A DNA stretch of 64,000 nucleotides from Escherichia coli (GCF_001677475.2 NZ_CP015229.1), one strand, 5' to 3'. Counted from the first letter of the stretch, positions 1-14,074 are shown. The notes: generated by a model not told the origin, from the sequence alone. Made by a program: numbers and translations.

Positions 1-12
1 GCAGGTTTTTTG

Positions 13-99
13 TTATCGGAACATATTGCCTGGCGGTACGTCTTTGAACGTCTTGCAATAGTTATTGAACATACTTTTCAGGATTTTGCGCAGTTTCAT
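13..99 (-). CDS. azuC: small protein AzuC (28 aa)
   Basis: Reverse-strand translation reads MKLRKILKSMFNNYCKTFKDVPPGNMFR then stop; matches recalled K-12 AzuC; not in ORF track because under 60 aa. Confidence 0.8.
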   Translation of the reverse strand: MKLRKILKSMFNNYCKTFKDVPPGNMFR

Positions 100-361
100 C
101 GCGGCACTCCGACCATTTGTTATACAGGTGTTATTTTCTTTGCACTTATAATATGACAACCATCACAAAAATCAATCTTTATGTGATGTAAATCACATAA
201 ATACCCCTTTAATGTTATAAAAATGATAATCAAAAAGCAGCACCCCCATTTCTGACACCTACAGATGGCAAGAAATAGCGCCTGCCAGGCGTCTTTTCCG
301 GCCATTGTCGCAGCGCTGTAACACGTAAAATAGTGCTTTCTCTTACTCTTCTGGCTGGACC

Positions 362-685
362 ATGAGACTTCTGATTCTGACTCTTTCATTAATAACGCTG
401 GCGGGGTGTACGGTTACTCGCCAGGCCCATGTGAGCGAAGTTGACGCGGCAACAGGTATTGTACGGTTGGTTTATGACCAGGCTTTTTTGCAGCATGCCC
501 ATACCGATCGTTATGTCAGTCGCGGGATCGCCGATCGCGCATGCCAGCAGGAAGGCTATACCCACGCTATCCCCTTTGGTCAGCCAGTAGGCAACTGTAG
601 CCTCTTTGCGGGTTCCTTATGTTTGAATACGGAATTCACTTTGTCATATCAGTGCCATCATTCCGCCTTCCCTGTCTTTCTCTAA
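362..685 (+). CDS. yecR: lipoprotein YecR
   Basis: 107 aa ORF with lipoprotein signal (LITLAGC); position upstream of ftnA as in K-12. Confidence 0.8.
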   Translation: MRLLILTLSLITLAGCTVTRQAHVSEVDAATGIVRLVYDQAFLQHAHTDRYVSRGIADRACQQEGYTHAIPFGQPVGNCSLFAGSLCLNTEFTLSYQCHHSAFPVFL

Positions 686-856
686 ATGTTTTAATCAGCG
701 AGGGGGATCTTCGCTGATTAAATAAATAGCGGTAATGCGTTTTATTCCCATTCGTATTTTTAATAAATGAAGTTTATATTTTACCTTTTGCAAATAATAA
801 AATAACAAATTATAGTGACGCCACAGCAACAAATATAACCTTTGTGGAGCACTATC

Positions 857-1354
857 ATGCTGAAACCAGAAATGATTGAAAAACTTAATGAGCAGATGAA
901 CCTGGAACTGTACTCTTCACTGCTTTATCAGCAAATGAGCGCCTGGTGCAGCTATCATACCTTCGAAGGTGCTGCCGCGTTCCTGCGCCGTCACGCCCAG
1001 GAAGAGATGACACATATGCAGCGTCTGTTTGATTATCTGACTGATACCGGCAACTTACCGCGTATTAATACCGTTGAATCTCCGTTTGCTGAATATTCCT
1101 CACTTGATGAATTATTCCAGGAAACCTATAAACACGAACAATTAATCACGCAGAAAATTAACGAACTGGCTCATGCTGCAATGACCAATCAGGACTACCC
1201 AACATTTAATTTCCTGCAATGGTATGTTTCTGAGCAGCATGAAGAAGAGAAACTGTTCAAATCGATTATTGATAAATTAAGTCTGGCAGGCAAAAGCGGC
1301 GAAGGTTTGTATTTTATCGACAAAGAACTCTCTACCCTCGACACACAAAACTAA
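857..1354 (+). CDS. ftnA: ferritin FtnA
   Basis: ORF translation matches recalled FtnA from [16 protein letters not shown] at 857 chosen to give 165 aa. Confidence 0.93.
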
Positions 1355-1360
1355 TGTTCT

Positions 1361-1390
1361 CCGGCGGCAGGTTTACTGCCGCCGTTTCAA
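1361..1390 (+). terminator. hairpin terminator after ftnA
   Basis: cggcggcag-gttta-ctgccgccg stem-loop followed by tttcaaa. Confidence 0.5.
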
Positions 1391-1391
1391 A

Positions 1392-1631
1392 TCAGTGACG
1401 GCAAATCTTACTCTGATCGGTCGAAAAACCTTCTTCCGAAGGTATAAATTTGCCTTTTGCTGCCAGAAACGCTACCAGCTCTCCCGCTGTCATCCCTTCT
1501 GCCGAGCAGGTGTGAAAACGTGCCTGTTCACCAAAACGCGCTTTAATCGCAGCTTCCAGACTGGCATGCGTATATTGCTCACCTGATTCAATCATCATAT
1601 TTAACACTTCATGACCGTGAATAGAGTCCAT
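1392..1631 (-). CDS. yecH: uncharacterized protein YecH
   Basis: 79 aa ORF, size and position as K-12 yecH. Confidence 0.8.
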   Translation of the reverse strand: MDSIHGHEVLNMMIESGEQYTHASLEAAIKARFGEQARFHTCSAEGMTAGELVAFLAAKGKFIPSEEGFSTDQSKICRH

Positions 1632-1820
1632 CGTTCCTCCTCAAAAAAAGCTAGCGTAGCGATTGCCGTTTACCAAGACTTTGCGCCAGCGCAGGACTGA
1701 ATGCATTTTATTGTACATTTATATTTACACCATATGTAACGTCGGTTTGACGAAGCAGCCGTTATGCCTTAACCTGCGCCGCAGATATCACTCATAAAGA
1801 TCGTCAGGACAGAAGAAAGC

Positions 1821-3032
1821 GTGAAAAACAGAACTCTGGGAAGTGTTTTTATCGTGGCGGGAACCACAATTGGCGCAGGCATGCTGGCAATGCCGCTGGC
1901 TGCGGCAGGTGTTGGTTTTAGCGTCACGTTAATCTTGTTGATTGGGCTTTGGGCGTTGATGTGCTACACGGCGCTATTACTGCTGGAGGTGTACCAGCAT
2001 GTCCCGGCAGATACCGGTCTGGGCACGCTGGCAAAACGCTATCTGGGACGCTACGGTCAGTGGCTGACGGGCTTCAGTATGATGTTCTTAATGTATGCTC
2101 TGACTGCGGCATACATCAGCGGTGCTGGTGAATTGTTGGCCTCCAGCATCAGCGACTGGACAGGTATTTCAATGTCGGCAACCGCTGGCGTGCTGTTGTT
2201 CACTTTTGTTGCCGGTGGCGTGGTTTGTGTCGGAACTTCGCTGGTCGATTTATTTAACCGTTTTCTGTTCAGCGCCAAAATTATTTTTCTGGTGGTGATG
2301 CTGGTACTGCTACTTCCGCATATTCATAAGGTGAATCTTTTAACCCTGCCGTTGCAACAGGGGCTGGCACTGTCTGCAATCCCGGTGATTTTTACCTCGT
2401 TTGGTTTTCACGGTAGCGTGCCGAGCATTGTCAGTTATATGGATGGCAACATTCGTAAGCTACGCTGGGTGTTTATTACCGGTAGTGCGATCCCTCTGGT
2501 GGCATATATTTTCTGGCAGCTGGCGACGCTTGGCAGCATTGATTCAACAACCTTTATGGGATTGCTGGCTAATCATGCCGGATTAAACGGGCTGTTACAG
2601 GCGTTACGCGAAATGGTGGCCTCTCCGCATGTTGAGCTGGCGGTGCATTTATTTGCTGATTTAGCCCTCGCCACGTCATTTCTCGGCGTTGCGTTAGGTT
2701 TATTTGATTATCTGGCAGATTTGTTTCAGCGTTCAAATACCGTTGGTGGACGATTGCAAACTGGTGCAATTACCTTTCTGCCGCCGTTGGCGTTTGCACT
2801 GTTTTATCCACGAGGATTTGTGATGGCGCTGGGTTACGCCGGTGTGGCGCTGGCGGTACTGGCATTGATTATTCCTTCGCTGTTGACCTGGCAAAGCAGA
2901 AAGCACAATCCTCAGGCGGGTTACCGGGTGAAAGGTGGTCGTCCGGCGCTGGTGGTGGTGTTTCTCTGTGGTATTGCTGTGATTAGCGTGCAATTTTTGA
3001 TTGCGGCAGGGTTGTTACCAGAAGTGGGGTGA
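1821..3032 (+). CDS. tyrP: tyrosine-specific transporter TyrP
   Basis: 403 aa polytopic membrane ORF, GTG start; matches K-12 TyrP length and context. Confidence 0.92.
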   Translation: MKNRTLGSVFIVAGTTIGAGMLAMPLAAAGVGFSVTLILLIGLWALMCYTALLLLEVYQHVPADTGLGTLAKRYLGRYGQWLTGFSMMFLMYALTAAYISGAGELLASSISDWTGISMSATAGVLLFTFVAGGVVCVGTSLVDLFNRFLFSAKIIFLVVMLVLLLPHIHKVNLLTLPLQQGLALSAIPVIFTSFGFHGSVPSIVSYMDGNIRKLRWVFITGSAIPLVAYIFWQLATLGSIDSTTFMGLLANHAGLNGLLQALREMVASPHVELAVHLFADLALATSFLGVALGLFDYLADLFQRSNTVGGRLQTGAITFLPPLAFALFYPRGFVMALGYAGVALAVLALIIPSLLTWQSRKHNPQAGYRVKGGRPALVVVFLCGIAVISVQFLIAAGLLPEVG

Positions 3033-3093
3033 TCAGATAGCCTCAAATTCCTTATTGGGTGCCAGAATTAACGCTGACACCCAATTTGACCTC

Positions 3094-3759
3094 TTAATGC
3101 AGGCAGCACTGCTTAAATTTCTTACCACTGCCGCACGGACAAGGATCGTTACGCCCCGGTTTCTCTTCTGCTTTGATCGGTTGCTGAACAGCTTTTTCCT
3201 GCGGATGCGCCATCCAGTACGCATGTAGATCAAGCGCCGCCAGTCGAATGGCATCTACGCTCTCTTCAAACGCTTCTGGCGACATCTTCTCTACCCGCTC
3301 GAAGTTTTCCTCAGTACCGTGCAGCGCTATCGCCTCCAGCGCTGGTTTTAACGAATCGGGCAACGTTGACCAGTCAGAAAGTGCCACGCCCCGCATATAG
3401 CCAAAGCACCACTCCTCAACAATCGTCAGCTCGCTGCCATCGACTTCTCGCAAGCCGAATAACGGCTCAAACTGCTCCGGGAATTCGTTCAGACGCTCTG
3501 CGGTATCGGCCATATGTTGAAAGGCCAGGTTCATAAAGCGCGTCATCTCTTTCTCTGATGCCCAGCGCGGCACATAGTCAGCCCCACCCCACACGGCAAC
3601 CAGCCACTGTGCCGGTTCAATCTCTTGCGGAGAACTCAACACCGCCGTCAATAAACCGTCCAGCTCCGCCACATCAAGGATGGCGTGGTCAGTATTGTAT
3701 TTGGTCAGAATATCGTCCAGCCATTCCAACTCACTTTCGTTTAACGGTCCCGTTTTCAT
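3094..3759 (-). CDS. yecA: UPF0149 protein YecA with SEC-C metal-binding motif
   Basis: 221 aa ORF; C-terminal [13 protein letters not shown] motif. Confidence 0.9.
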   Translation of the reverse strand: MKTGPLNESELEWLDDILTKYNTDHAILDVAELDGLLTAVLSSPQEIEPAQWLVAVWGGADYVPRWASEKEMTRFMNLAFQHMADTAERLNEFPEQFEPLFGLREVDGSELTIVEEWCFGYMRGVALSDWSTLPDSLKPALEAIALHGTEENFERVEKMSPEAFEESVDAIRLAALDLHAYWMAHPQEKAVQQPIKAEEKPGRNDPCPCGSGKKFKQCCLH

Positions 3760-3885
3760 ACGCTTTTCCTTGTGGATCTCAACTCGCCAGCACCTATCTT
3801 ACATGCCGGTCCGTATCAGAGATACTTTTTGAGTGGCTTTGCCGGTGATTAAAAATCAAGGAGGGTGTAACGACAAGTTGCAGGC

Positions 3886-3913
3886 ACAAAAAAACCACCC
3901 GAAGGTGGTTTCA
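3886..3913 (-). terminator. rho-independent terminator of the leuZ-cysT-glyW tRNA operon
   Basis: Minus strand aaaccacc-ttcg-ggtggttt stem followed by T-run. Confidence 0.7.
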
Positions 3914-3954
3914 CGACACTGCTTATTGCTTTGATTTTATTCTTATCTTTCCCA

Positions 3955-4041
3955 TGGTACCCGGAGCGGGACTTGAACCCGCACAGCGCGAACGCCGAGG
4001 GATTTTAAATCCCTTGTGTCTACCGATTCCACCATCCGGGC
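3955..4041 (-). tRNA. leuZ: tRNA-Leu (anticodon TAA)
   Basis: Reverse complement reads GCCCGGATGGTGGAATCGGTAGACACAAGGGATTTAAAATCCC...GGGTACCA; cloverleaf and CCA end. Confidence 0.93.
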
Positions 4042-4053
4042 TCGGGAAGAAAG

Positions 4054-4127
4054 TGGAGGCGCGTTCCGGAGTCGAACCGGACTAGACGGATTTGCAATCC
4101 GCTACATAACCGCTTTGTTAACGCGCC
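4054..4127 (-). tRNA. cysT: tRNA-Cys (anticodon GCA)
   Basis: Reverse complement reads GGCGCGTTAACAAAGCGGTTATGTAGCGGATTGCAAATCCGTC...CTCCA. Confidence 0.93.
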
Positions 4128-4180
4128 AAATTCTTCAGGCTTTTCAGCCAGACATCCGCTTACGCCGATGTCTTTTAAAC

Positions 4181-4256
<76 letters not shown>

Positions 4257-4407
4257 ATTCATCAAGCAATCAGTTAATCACTTGATTTTATTATCGTCTG
4301 GCAATCAGTGCCGCCGTTCGATGCGTTGCATTCTACTTACCTGGCGCGATGAGTCAACGATATTTTTCACCACTTTTGATCGTTTGCTGAAAATTGCGCC
4401 GAAACGA

Positions 4408-4956
4408 TCACTGATCAAGCAAATCTGCACGCGCAGCGCTCAAATATTGCAACATTGACCACAGAGTCAGTACCGCAGCCACAAAGAAAAGTGCAATACC
4501 GGCGTACTCAACCCAAATGTTCGGACGCCACAGCAGCCAGGCCAACGCCACCATCTGGGCAGTGGTTTTCACTTTCCCAATCCAGGAGACGGCCACGCTA
4601 CTGCGTTTACCCAACTCCGCCATCCATTCGCGTAGCGCAGAAATAATAATTTCACGGGCGATCATCGTTGCCGCCGGTAAGGTCACCCACCAGCTGTGAT
4701 AATGCTCGGTTACCAGCACCATGGCGATAGCCACGAGGACTTTATCTGCGACAGGGTCAAGGAAAGCACCAAACCGGGTACTCTGGTTCCAGCGGCGTGC
4801 CAGAAAACCATCGAACCAGTCAGTCACCGCCGCGACGCAGAAAATGAGCGCGGCGGCAAACGGCGACCAGGTGACAGGCAGATAAAAGACCAATACAAAG
4901 AATGGGATAAGGATGACACGGAACAGTGTAAGCAACGTAGGGATATTAAATTGCAT
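4408..4956 (-). CDS. pgsA: CDP-diacylglycerol--glycerol-3-phosphate 3-phosphatidyltransferase
   Basis: 182 aa membrane ORF with CDP-alcohol phosphotransferase motif (DxxDGxxAR); K-12 synteny. Confidence 0.92.
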
Positions 4957-5012
4957 AATGACGGGTAACTATCTGTTGTCAGTAAGATTACCCCTATGTT
5001 GCTACAGAGACA

Positions 5013-6845
5013 TCAATGTTTCAACGACCAGAAGATCTTTTCTGCCAGACCTTGCGAAATACCCGGCACTTTTGCAATTTCCTCGACGCTGGCGTTACGT
5101 AAACCTTGCAAACCGCCCATATATTTCAACAACATTTGCCGACGTTTTGGCCCGACGCCTTCAATGGTTTCCAGGGAACTGGTATTTTTGACCTTTGCCC
5201 GTTTTTTACGGTGCCCGCCAATCGCGTGATCGTGTGATTCATCGCGAATATGCTGGATAACATGCAGCGCGGGAGAATCTGGCGGCAAACTGAATCCCTC
5301 ACCTTCCGGCTCAAAGAACAGCGTTTCCAACCCTGCCTTCCTATCTGCACCTTTGGCAACGCCAAGTAGCAGCGGATGATTTTTATCCCATGAGACATCC
5401 AGTTCGGCGAAGACATTTTTCGCTTGCGCAAGCTGGCCTTTGCCGCCGTCAATAAGTATCACATCCGGGATCTTACTGTCGTCGATGGCTTTACCATAAC
5501 GCCGACGCAGCACCTGATTCATCGCCGCATAATCATCGCCCGGCGTAATGCCAGTAATGTTATAGCGCCGATACTCCGCACGCAGCGGGCCGTTAGCATC
5601 AAACACCACACAGGAGGCGACGGTTTGTTCACCCATGGTATGGCTGATGTCAAAGCATTCCATCCGCTTCACTTCCGGCAATTTCAACACGCTGGCAAGC
5701 GCTGTCAGCCGCTGGTGAACGGTAGATTGCTGCGAAAGTTTGCTGGTTAAGGCCGTCGCCGCATTGGTGCGCGCGAGTTTCAGATAACGCGCCCGATCGC
5801 CACGAGGTTTGGTTTGAACATTAATCTTGCGTCCCGCCAGTTCTGAAAGGGAATCGGCGAGCAGCGTTTTATCGCTAAGATTAAAATCGAGCAGGATCTC
5901 ACCCGGTAAGGTGCGCATCTGGCTGCCTTGTAAATAGAACTGACCTACGAAGGTTTCCACCACCTCGCTCAGTTCCGTACCGCCCGGCACTTTCGGGAAA
6001 TAGCTGCGGCTGCCGAGCACTTTACCCTGACGAATGAACAATACGTGGACACAAGCCATGCCCGCATCGAACGCCACACCAATAACGTCAAGGTCGTCGC
6101 CGGTATTGGACACAAACTGTTTTTCGGTGACGCGTCGCACCGCCTGAATTTGGTCGCGAATACGTGCCGCTTCTTCAAACTCCAGATTCTGGCTGGCAGT
6201 TTCCATACGGCTAATGAGTTGCGTAAGCACCTGATCATCTTTGCCAGACAAAAACAGGCGCACATACTCGACCTGCTGAGCGTATTCTTCTTCACTCACC
6301 AGTCCTTCAACGCACGGTCCCAGACAGCGCCCTATCTGATATTGCAGACACGGACGCGAGCGATTGCGATAAACACTATTTTCGCACTGGCGAATGGGGA
6401 AAATCTTTTGCAGTAGCGCCAGTGTTTCACGTACGGCATAGCCATTCGGGAACGGGCCGAAATATTCACCTTTGGCATGCTTCGCACCACGATGCATCGC
6501 CAGACGCGGGTGGGTATCGCCACTCAGGAAGATAAAGGGATAAGATTTATCATCGCGTAGCAAAACGTTGTAACGCGGCTGATAGAGTTTGATGTAGTTG
6601 TGTTCCAGCAACAGCGCTTCGGTTTCTGTATGAGTAACCGTTACATCAATTTGCTGGATCTGGGCGACCAGCGCTTCGGTTTTGCGCGAAGCGAGGTTGC
6701 TACGGAAATAGCTGGAAAGCCGTTTTTTCAGGTCTTTCGCTTTGCCGACATAGATAACCGTACCACCAGCATCGTACATGCGATAAACGCCTGGCTGGCT
6801 GGTTACGGTTTTTAAAAACGCTTTTGCGTCAAACTGATCACTCAC
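5013..6845 (-). CDS. uvrC: excinuclease ABC subunit C
   Basis: 610 aa ORF with GIY-YIG N-terminus ([16 protein letters not shown]). Confidence 0.95.
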
Positions 6846-7498
6846 TGACTTGATAATGTCTCCGCATTACACAGACCATGGCGAATTGCCAGGTGAGTCA
6901 GCTCAACATCGCCATGAATGTTTAGTTTACTGAACATACGATAGCGGTAGCTGTTCACCGTTTTCGGACTGAGATTGAGCTGTTCTGAGATCTCATTGAC
7001 CTTCTGGCCCTTGGTGATCATCAGCATAATCTGCAATTCACGTTCAGACAAACTGGCAAATGGGCTTTCTGTTTTTTCTGGTTCGATCTGGCTTAACGCC
7101 ATTTGTTGAGCGATGTCAGAAGCAATGTAACGCTGCCCTGAATAGACAGAACGGATCGCACTCACGACTTCCTGCGGAGCCGCGCCTTTGCTGAGGTAGC
7201 CCGCAGCACCGGCCTGCATGACTTTCGCTGGTAAAGGGTTTTCTGTATGGACGGTAAGCATGATGATTTTGACATCAGCTGTGGAACGCGCGATTTTACG
7301 CGTCGCCTCAAGACCGCCAATGCCCGGCATACTCATGTCCATTAGCACCACGTCAACGGCATTTGCCCGGCACCACTTAACGGCGTCTTCACCGCACGAT
7401 GCCTCACCGACGACTTTTATACCCTTTATATCTTCCAGAATGCGTCGTATCCCTGCGCGCACCAGTTCGTGGTCATCAACAAGTAGAACGTTGATCAA
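6842..7498 (-). CDS. uvrY: response regulator UvrY (BarA partner)
   Basis: 218 aa receiver + LuxR-type HTH ORF overlapping uvrC start. Confidence 0.95.
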
Positions 7499-7957
7499 AG
7501 GAATATCTCCAGAAATAGGGATAACGCTACTGATAGTTAGTCATTCGTATATTAGCGGTTTTTATTGCAACTTTGAAACGTTAAAAATGGTGGGTATTCG
7601 ATTTTTCTCTCGTTTTTGTAAATTCGATTGTCCACAGTTATGGTCACGCCCGTCACCAACGGCTTCCGGGATCGTTTCACAGTAAGCCCTGCGATGAAAT
7701 GTGACAAAAATTGACTTTATTCAGCAAAAATGAAAATCAGCCCGCTGAATATGTAACATTAATTAACCCGAACAATACGGGCAAAAAACATTCATGATAA
7801 AAATATTTATTGGTCATTATATTAACGTATTTTATAGCACTGCCGATATCACGCTCAAAAAACAACCACTGCTATTTTTAGCAAAGCTTATGGTATACTC
7901 CGCCGCCTTAACATTTTTCACCGCAAATTTTTCATTGCAACATGACGAGGAAAATAA

Positions 7958-8182
7958 ATGAGTACGCCTGATTTTTCTACTGCCGAGAATAATCAAGAAC
8001 TGGCAAATGAAGTCTCCTGCCTGAAAGCGATGCTGACGCTGATGCTGCAGGCGATGGGACAAGCTGACGCGGGCCGCGTGATGTTAAAGATGGAAAAACA
8101 GCTTGCGCTGATCGAAGACGAAACCCAGGCTGCAGTATTTTCCAAAACGGTTAAGCAAATTAAACAAGCCTACCGTCAGTAA
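7958..8182 (+). CDS. yecF: uncharacterized protein YecF
   Basis: 74 aa ORF in K-12 position. Confidence 0.8.
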
Positions 8183-8185
8183 TAT

Positions 8186-8222
8186 AAAACCGGCTGAGAG
8201 CGTGCCTTTCAGCCGGTTTTTG
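8186..8222 (+). terminator. rho-independent terminator after yecF
   Basis: aaaaccggctga...tcagccggttttt hairpin plus T-run. Confidence 0.7.
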
Positions 8223-8248
8223 CATCTGACATGCAGAAAGAAAAGAGA

Positions 8249-8971
8249 TCAAATTAAGCCAGTAGCAGCCGCGTAACAGGCAACCTGCGTCTTATTCGGT
8301 GCATTGATTTTTTTCTGCATGTTTTTCTGATGAAAATTGACCGTATTCTCAGAGATTGACAAAATCATCGCTATCTCTGCTGATGTCTTCCCTTCCGCCG
8401 TCCATTTCAGAATTTCTTTTTCGCGCTTGCTGAAATTCATCTCTGGCGTCATCACTATTTCATCATTTAAACGCATCAGAGCCATCAGACTTTCGCGCAC
8501 CAGTAACTGCATTTTTAATTGCAGTTCATCACTAAGAATGGGTATTTCGCGCGCGCTGCTACGGGAAAAGGACAAAAAGCCCAGCGCCCGGTTTGGCAGC
8601 ATTAAATACTGAGTGACACCGCGGCGTAAACCATGTGCGCGCGCGGCTTCCCATAACGGCTGTGCTTCGCTGAATAAGTCATCATTCCACATTAAATGGC
8701 CCTGACTAAAGTTTTCAGGATTCAGCACCGGATCAATTGCGAGAAAGTTTTTTGCCTGATAATAACTAACCCACGCCTCAGGGTAATTGGTGTAGAAAGC
8801 CACTTTAGGTCGCGTGAATGGTACCGGGTGGCGAACACATAACGAATAGTAATCGTACTCCAGCTGCTGAGCCTGAAGCTCTATTTCATGGTAGACCTCT
8901 TCTGCGGCCTCCATCCTCTGAAAACGCAACAGCATCGTGCGACGCCAGCTGAAAAAATCCGTATCCTGCAT
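8249..8971 (-). CDS. sdiA: LuxR-family quorum-sensing regulator SdiA
   Basis: Matches recalled SdiA from MQDTDFFSWRR; start set at 8971 (240 aa). Confidence 0.93.
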   Translation of the reverse strand: MQDTDFFSWRRTMLLRFQRMEAAEEVYHEIELQAQQLEYDYYSLCVRHPVPFTRPKVAFYTNYPEAWVSYYQAKNFLAIDPVLNPENFSQGHLMWNDDLFSEAQPLWEAARAHGLRRGVTQYLMLPNRALGFLSFSRSSAREIPILSDELQLKMQLLVRESLMALMRLNDEIVMTPEMNFSKREKEILKWTAEGKTSAEIAMILSISENTVNFHQKNMQKKINAPNKTQVACYAAATGLI

Positions 8972-9200
8972 AGTAAACCGCAACGCCCCTGAGAGTGAGT
9001 ATCATTTATAATGATAATTCAAACTATCACATAAATAAGATTTATATATAATTTATATTATTCAGGCAATGAATTACTTTTGCAAGCCATCGCATTCTCT
9101 TATGTTATTAATGAGTTATGCTGATTTGTTAAGCAGTTTTATCTCGCTTGAAATGGCGTCCCGCCCCGACAGGTGAATCGTCGGGGCTGATTTTTTCTTA

Positions 9201-9953
9201 TTATTGCAGCAGAAACTTCTCGAGGAACTGGCGGGTGCGAGGCTGCTGGGGATCGGCAAATAACGCTTTTGCTGCCCCCTGCTCGACTATCCGCCCCTGG
9301 TCCATAAAAATCGCCCGGTCCGCAACATCCCGGGCAAAGCTCATTTCGTGCGTCACAATCACCATCGTGCGCTTTTCCTGCGCCAGCTGACGGATGGTGT
9401 TCAGGACTTCGCCCACCAGCTCTGGATCCAGCGCCGACGTTGGCTCGTCAAACAAAATCACTTCAGGACGCATTGCCAGCGCTCGCGCAATCGCGACACG
9501 CTGCTGTTGACCGCCAGACAAACGGCGCGGATAGCTGGTTTCTTTACCGGCCAGCCCAACTTTCGCCAACAGCTCGCGAGCGCGCGCCGTGGCCTCTTCT
9601 TTTGGTTCGCCTTTGACGATCACCGGCCCTTCAATAATGTTTTCCAGCACCGTACGATGCGGAAACAAATTAAAGTTCTGGAAGACAAACCCGACGTGCT
9701 GACGCAACTGGCGAATCAGCGATTTTTGCTGACTTAATGAACGTGCAGTATCAATAGTGATATCGCCAACGGTGATGGTTCCCGCTTCCGGTTGTTCCAG
9801 CAGATTTATGCTGCGTAGCAACGTGGTTTTGCCGGAACCACTTGGACCGATAATTGCCACTACTTCGCCAGGCTTCACCTCAAGGTCGATACCGTGCAGC
9901 ACCGTCTGACCGTGGAATTTTTTCACCAGGTTCTTAACTTCAATGGCACTCAT
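9201..9953 (-). CDS. tcyN: cystine ABC transporter ATP-binding protein
   Basis: 250 aa ORF with Walker A GPSGSGKTT and ABC signature LSGGQQQR. Confidence 0.93.
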   Translation of the reverse strand: MSAIEVKNLVKKFHGQTVLHGIDLEVKPGEVVAIIGPSGSGKTTLLRSINLLEQPEAGTITVGDITIDTARSLSQQKSLIRQLRQHVGFVFQNFNLFPHRTVLENIIEGPVIVKGEPKEEATARARELLAKVGLAGKETSYPRRLSGGQQQRVAIARALAMRPEVILFDEPTSALDPELVGEVLNTIRQLAQEKRTMVIVTHEMSFARDVADRAIFMDQGRIVEQGAAKALFADPQQPRTRQFLEKFLLQ

Positions 9954-10618
9954 TTTGGTTCTCTCTCCTGGCGATTAAGTTGATTCTCAAAATGGTTCTG
10001 CAACGTCGATAACACTGTCGCCATGATCCAGTAGATGAGCGAAGCCGCCAGGTACATGGTGAACACCTCCAGCGTGCGTGAGGTAATCAACTGCGCCTGA
10101 CGGAACAGCTCCGGCACCTGGATTGTCGCGGCCAGCGACGTATCTTTTACCAGGCTGATAAAGCTGTTCGACAGCGGCGGCAACGCCACCCGCGCCGCCT
10201 GTGGCAAAATCGCGCGACGCATGGTCTGCCACGGCGTCATACCAATACTGGCAGCTGCTTCCCACTGACCTTTATCAATAGAAGAAATGGCGGCGCGCAG
10301 TGTTTCGGCGGCATAGGCGGCAGTGTTGAGCGACAGACCAATCATTGCTGACGGAATGGGATCTAATTCGATACCAAACTGCGGCAGGCCGTAATAGATC
10401 ATAAACAGTTGTGCGATGAGCGGTGTACCACGAAAAATAGAGATATAAAAACGCGCCAGCCAGCGCACGGGCCAGATGGGCGACAGGCGCATCAGCGCGA
10501 GAATAAACCCTAGCAGTAAGCCAAAAAACATGCCGCCGATACTGAGTTGCAGGGTATACCCTGCCCCTTTCAACAGGAACGGCAAGGAATCAATAACCAG
10601 TTGTATACTTTCTTGCAT
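9950..10618 (-). CDS. tcyL: cystine ABC transporter permease
   Basis: 222 aa polytopic permease ORF overlapping tcyN. Confidence 0.9.
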   Translation of the reverse strand: MQESIQLVIDSLPFLLKGAGYTLQLSIGGMFFGLLLGFILALMRLSPIWPVRWLARFYISIFRGTPLIAQLFMIYYGLPQFGIELDPIPSAMIGLSLNTAAYAAETLRAAISSIDKGQWEAAASIGMTPWQTMRRAILPQAARVALPPLSNSFISLVKDTSLAATIQVPELFRQAQLITSRTLEVFTMYLAASLIYWIMATVLSTLQNHFENQLNRQEREPK

Positions 10619-10632
10619 GAGCGTTCCCGAAG

Positions 10633-12524
<1,892 letters not shown>

Positions 12525-12611
12525 ATTCACCCCGAATGTTGTTATGTCTGTTTGCAGTGTAGAGCCATTGTTTGTAAACACAAAAACAACTCCGCTACAT
12601 CTTATTCTTAT

Positions 12612-13163
12612 TTAATATATATCAGAAGCAGGCAGGCTGGAGGATTTCTGCACAAGTCCGGTACACGTTTGACGCTGATAGTGTTGATACTTCCGTAACG
12701 CGATGCGGTAATTGTTGGTGCTGGTGGAGGGCAGCCATGGGGTGAGGATTTCATCAAGGAAACCGTCCTGCAGCTGATCGAGGGTAATATTTTGCTCGTG
12801 AAGATGATTCCCCAAACGGCGCAGACGAACGACATATTCACGCACCGTACCTGGGCTCATTTCAGTTTGCTCAAAAAGAAATTGCTTAAAGCCGATAATA
12901 TCGAAAAAATCACTCTGCGTTTTGCAGTGTAAATCACCGCAAAATCGGCACAATGCCGCCCATGATTTTTGTTCCGTTTGCCAGCCATTTTCATCAAGCA
13001 GCGTGTCCAGGCGGGAAATCTCGATTTTATTCACTATTTTGCCGTCGCGAACGAGGGTAATGCGATCGAGTAATTTACGGCAATGCGCGCAATGAGTCTG
13101 GCTGTGTTTAAAGTCTTTAAGATAGCGGCTTAATGGCCGTCTTTTCAGGTGCTGCACCATCAT
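12612..13163 (-). CDS. fliZ: flagellar regulator FliZ
   Basis: Matches recalled FliZ from MMVQHLKRRPLSRYLKDF; start trimmed to 13163. Confidence 0.92.
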   Translation of the reverse strand: MMVQHLKRRPLSRYLKDFKHSQTHCAHCRKLLDRITLVRDGKIVNKIEISRLDTLLDENGWQTEQKSWAALCRFCGDLHCKTQSDFFDIIGFKQFLFEQTEMSPGTVREYVVRLRRLGNHLHEQNITLDQLQDGFLDEILTPWLPSTSTNNYRIALRKYQHYQRQTCTGLVQKSSSLPASDIY

Positions 13164-13208
13164 TAAGAACTCCTGGTAGTCAAAGTTAAAGTGCGGCATT
13201 TACTGACG

Positions 13209-13928
13209 TTATAACTTACCCAGTTTAGTGCGTAACCGTTTAATGGCCTGGCTGTGTAACTGACTGACCCGCGATTCCCCGACCTCCAGCACCGCGCCAA
13301 TCTCTTTGAGATTCAGCTCTTCCTGGTAATAGAGGGTTAATACCAGTTTTTCGCGCTCCGGCAACGTTTCGATGGCTTCCATCACCCGCTGGCGCAGATT
13401 ACTGTCCAGCAGTTGTTGTAGCGGGTTTTCTCGCTGATGATCATCAGTAACCAGTTCGATGCTATCGCCGTGCTCTTCGCGCCACTCATCGTAGGAGAAG
13501 AGCTGGCTGTTATTGGTGTCGAGCAACATTTGGCGATAATCGGCAATATCGATCCCTAAACGTTCCGCTACCTCAGCTTCCGTGGCGTTGCGGCCAAGTT
13601 CCTGCTCCAGTTGCCCTATTGCCTGTGCCACTTCACGCGCGTTGCGTCGCACGCTGCGCGGCACCCAGTCACGGCTGCGAAGTTCATCCAGCATAGCGCC
13701 ACGGATACGCTGCACTGCGTAAGTTGTAAATGCCGTTCCTTGTAGGGCGTCATAGCGTTCGACGGCATTAAGTAACCCAATGCCGCCCGCCTGTAGCAGA
13801 TCGTCAAGTTCCACGCTCGCGGGCAGTCGAACCTGCAGGCGCAATGCTTCGTGACGCACCAGCGGGACATAACGCTGCCATAGCGAGTGTTTATCCATTA
13901 CACCTTCAGCGGTATAGAGTGAATTCAC
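13209..13928 (-). CDS. fliA: flagellar sigma factor sigma-28 (FliA)
   Basis: 239 aa sigma-70 family ORF in fliAZY arrangement. Confidence 0.95.
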   Translation of the reverse strand: MNSLYTAEGVMDKHSLWQRYVPLVRHEALRLQVRLPASVELDDLLQAGGIGLLNAVERYDALQGTAFTTYAVQRIRGAMLDELRSRDWVPRSVRRNAREVAQAIGQLEQELGRNATEAEVAERLGIDIADYRQMLLDTNNSQLFSYDEWREEHGDSIELVTDDHQRENPLQQLLDSNLRQRVMEAIETLPEREKLVLTLYYQEELNLKEIGAVLEVGESRVSQLHSQAIKRLRTKLGKL

Positions 13929-14046
13929 GATAAACAGCCCTGCGTTATATGAGTTATCGGCATGATTATCCGTTTCTGTAGAGGATTTAATCGGATGAAT
14001 AGTGGGTGAAATGGGGGGTTATTTGGGGGTTACCGGTAAATTGCGG

Positions 14047-14074
14047 ACAGAAAAAACCCCGCCGGTGGCGGGGG
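14047..14074 (-). terminator. rho-independent terminator downstream of fliC
   Basis: Minus strand ccccgccaccggcgggg hairpin followed by tttttt. Confidence 0.7.

Noticed and set aside
120-389. 89 aa minus-strand ORF between azuC and yecR
   Set aside because: AT-rich promoter region with no RBS; overlaps the yecR start and azuC upstream region; the real small gene here is azuC at 13..99.
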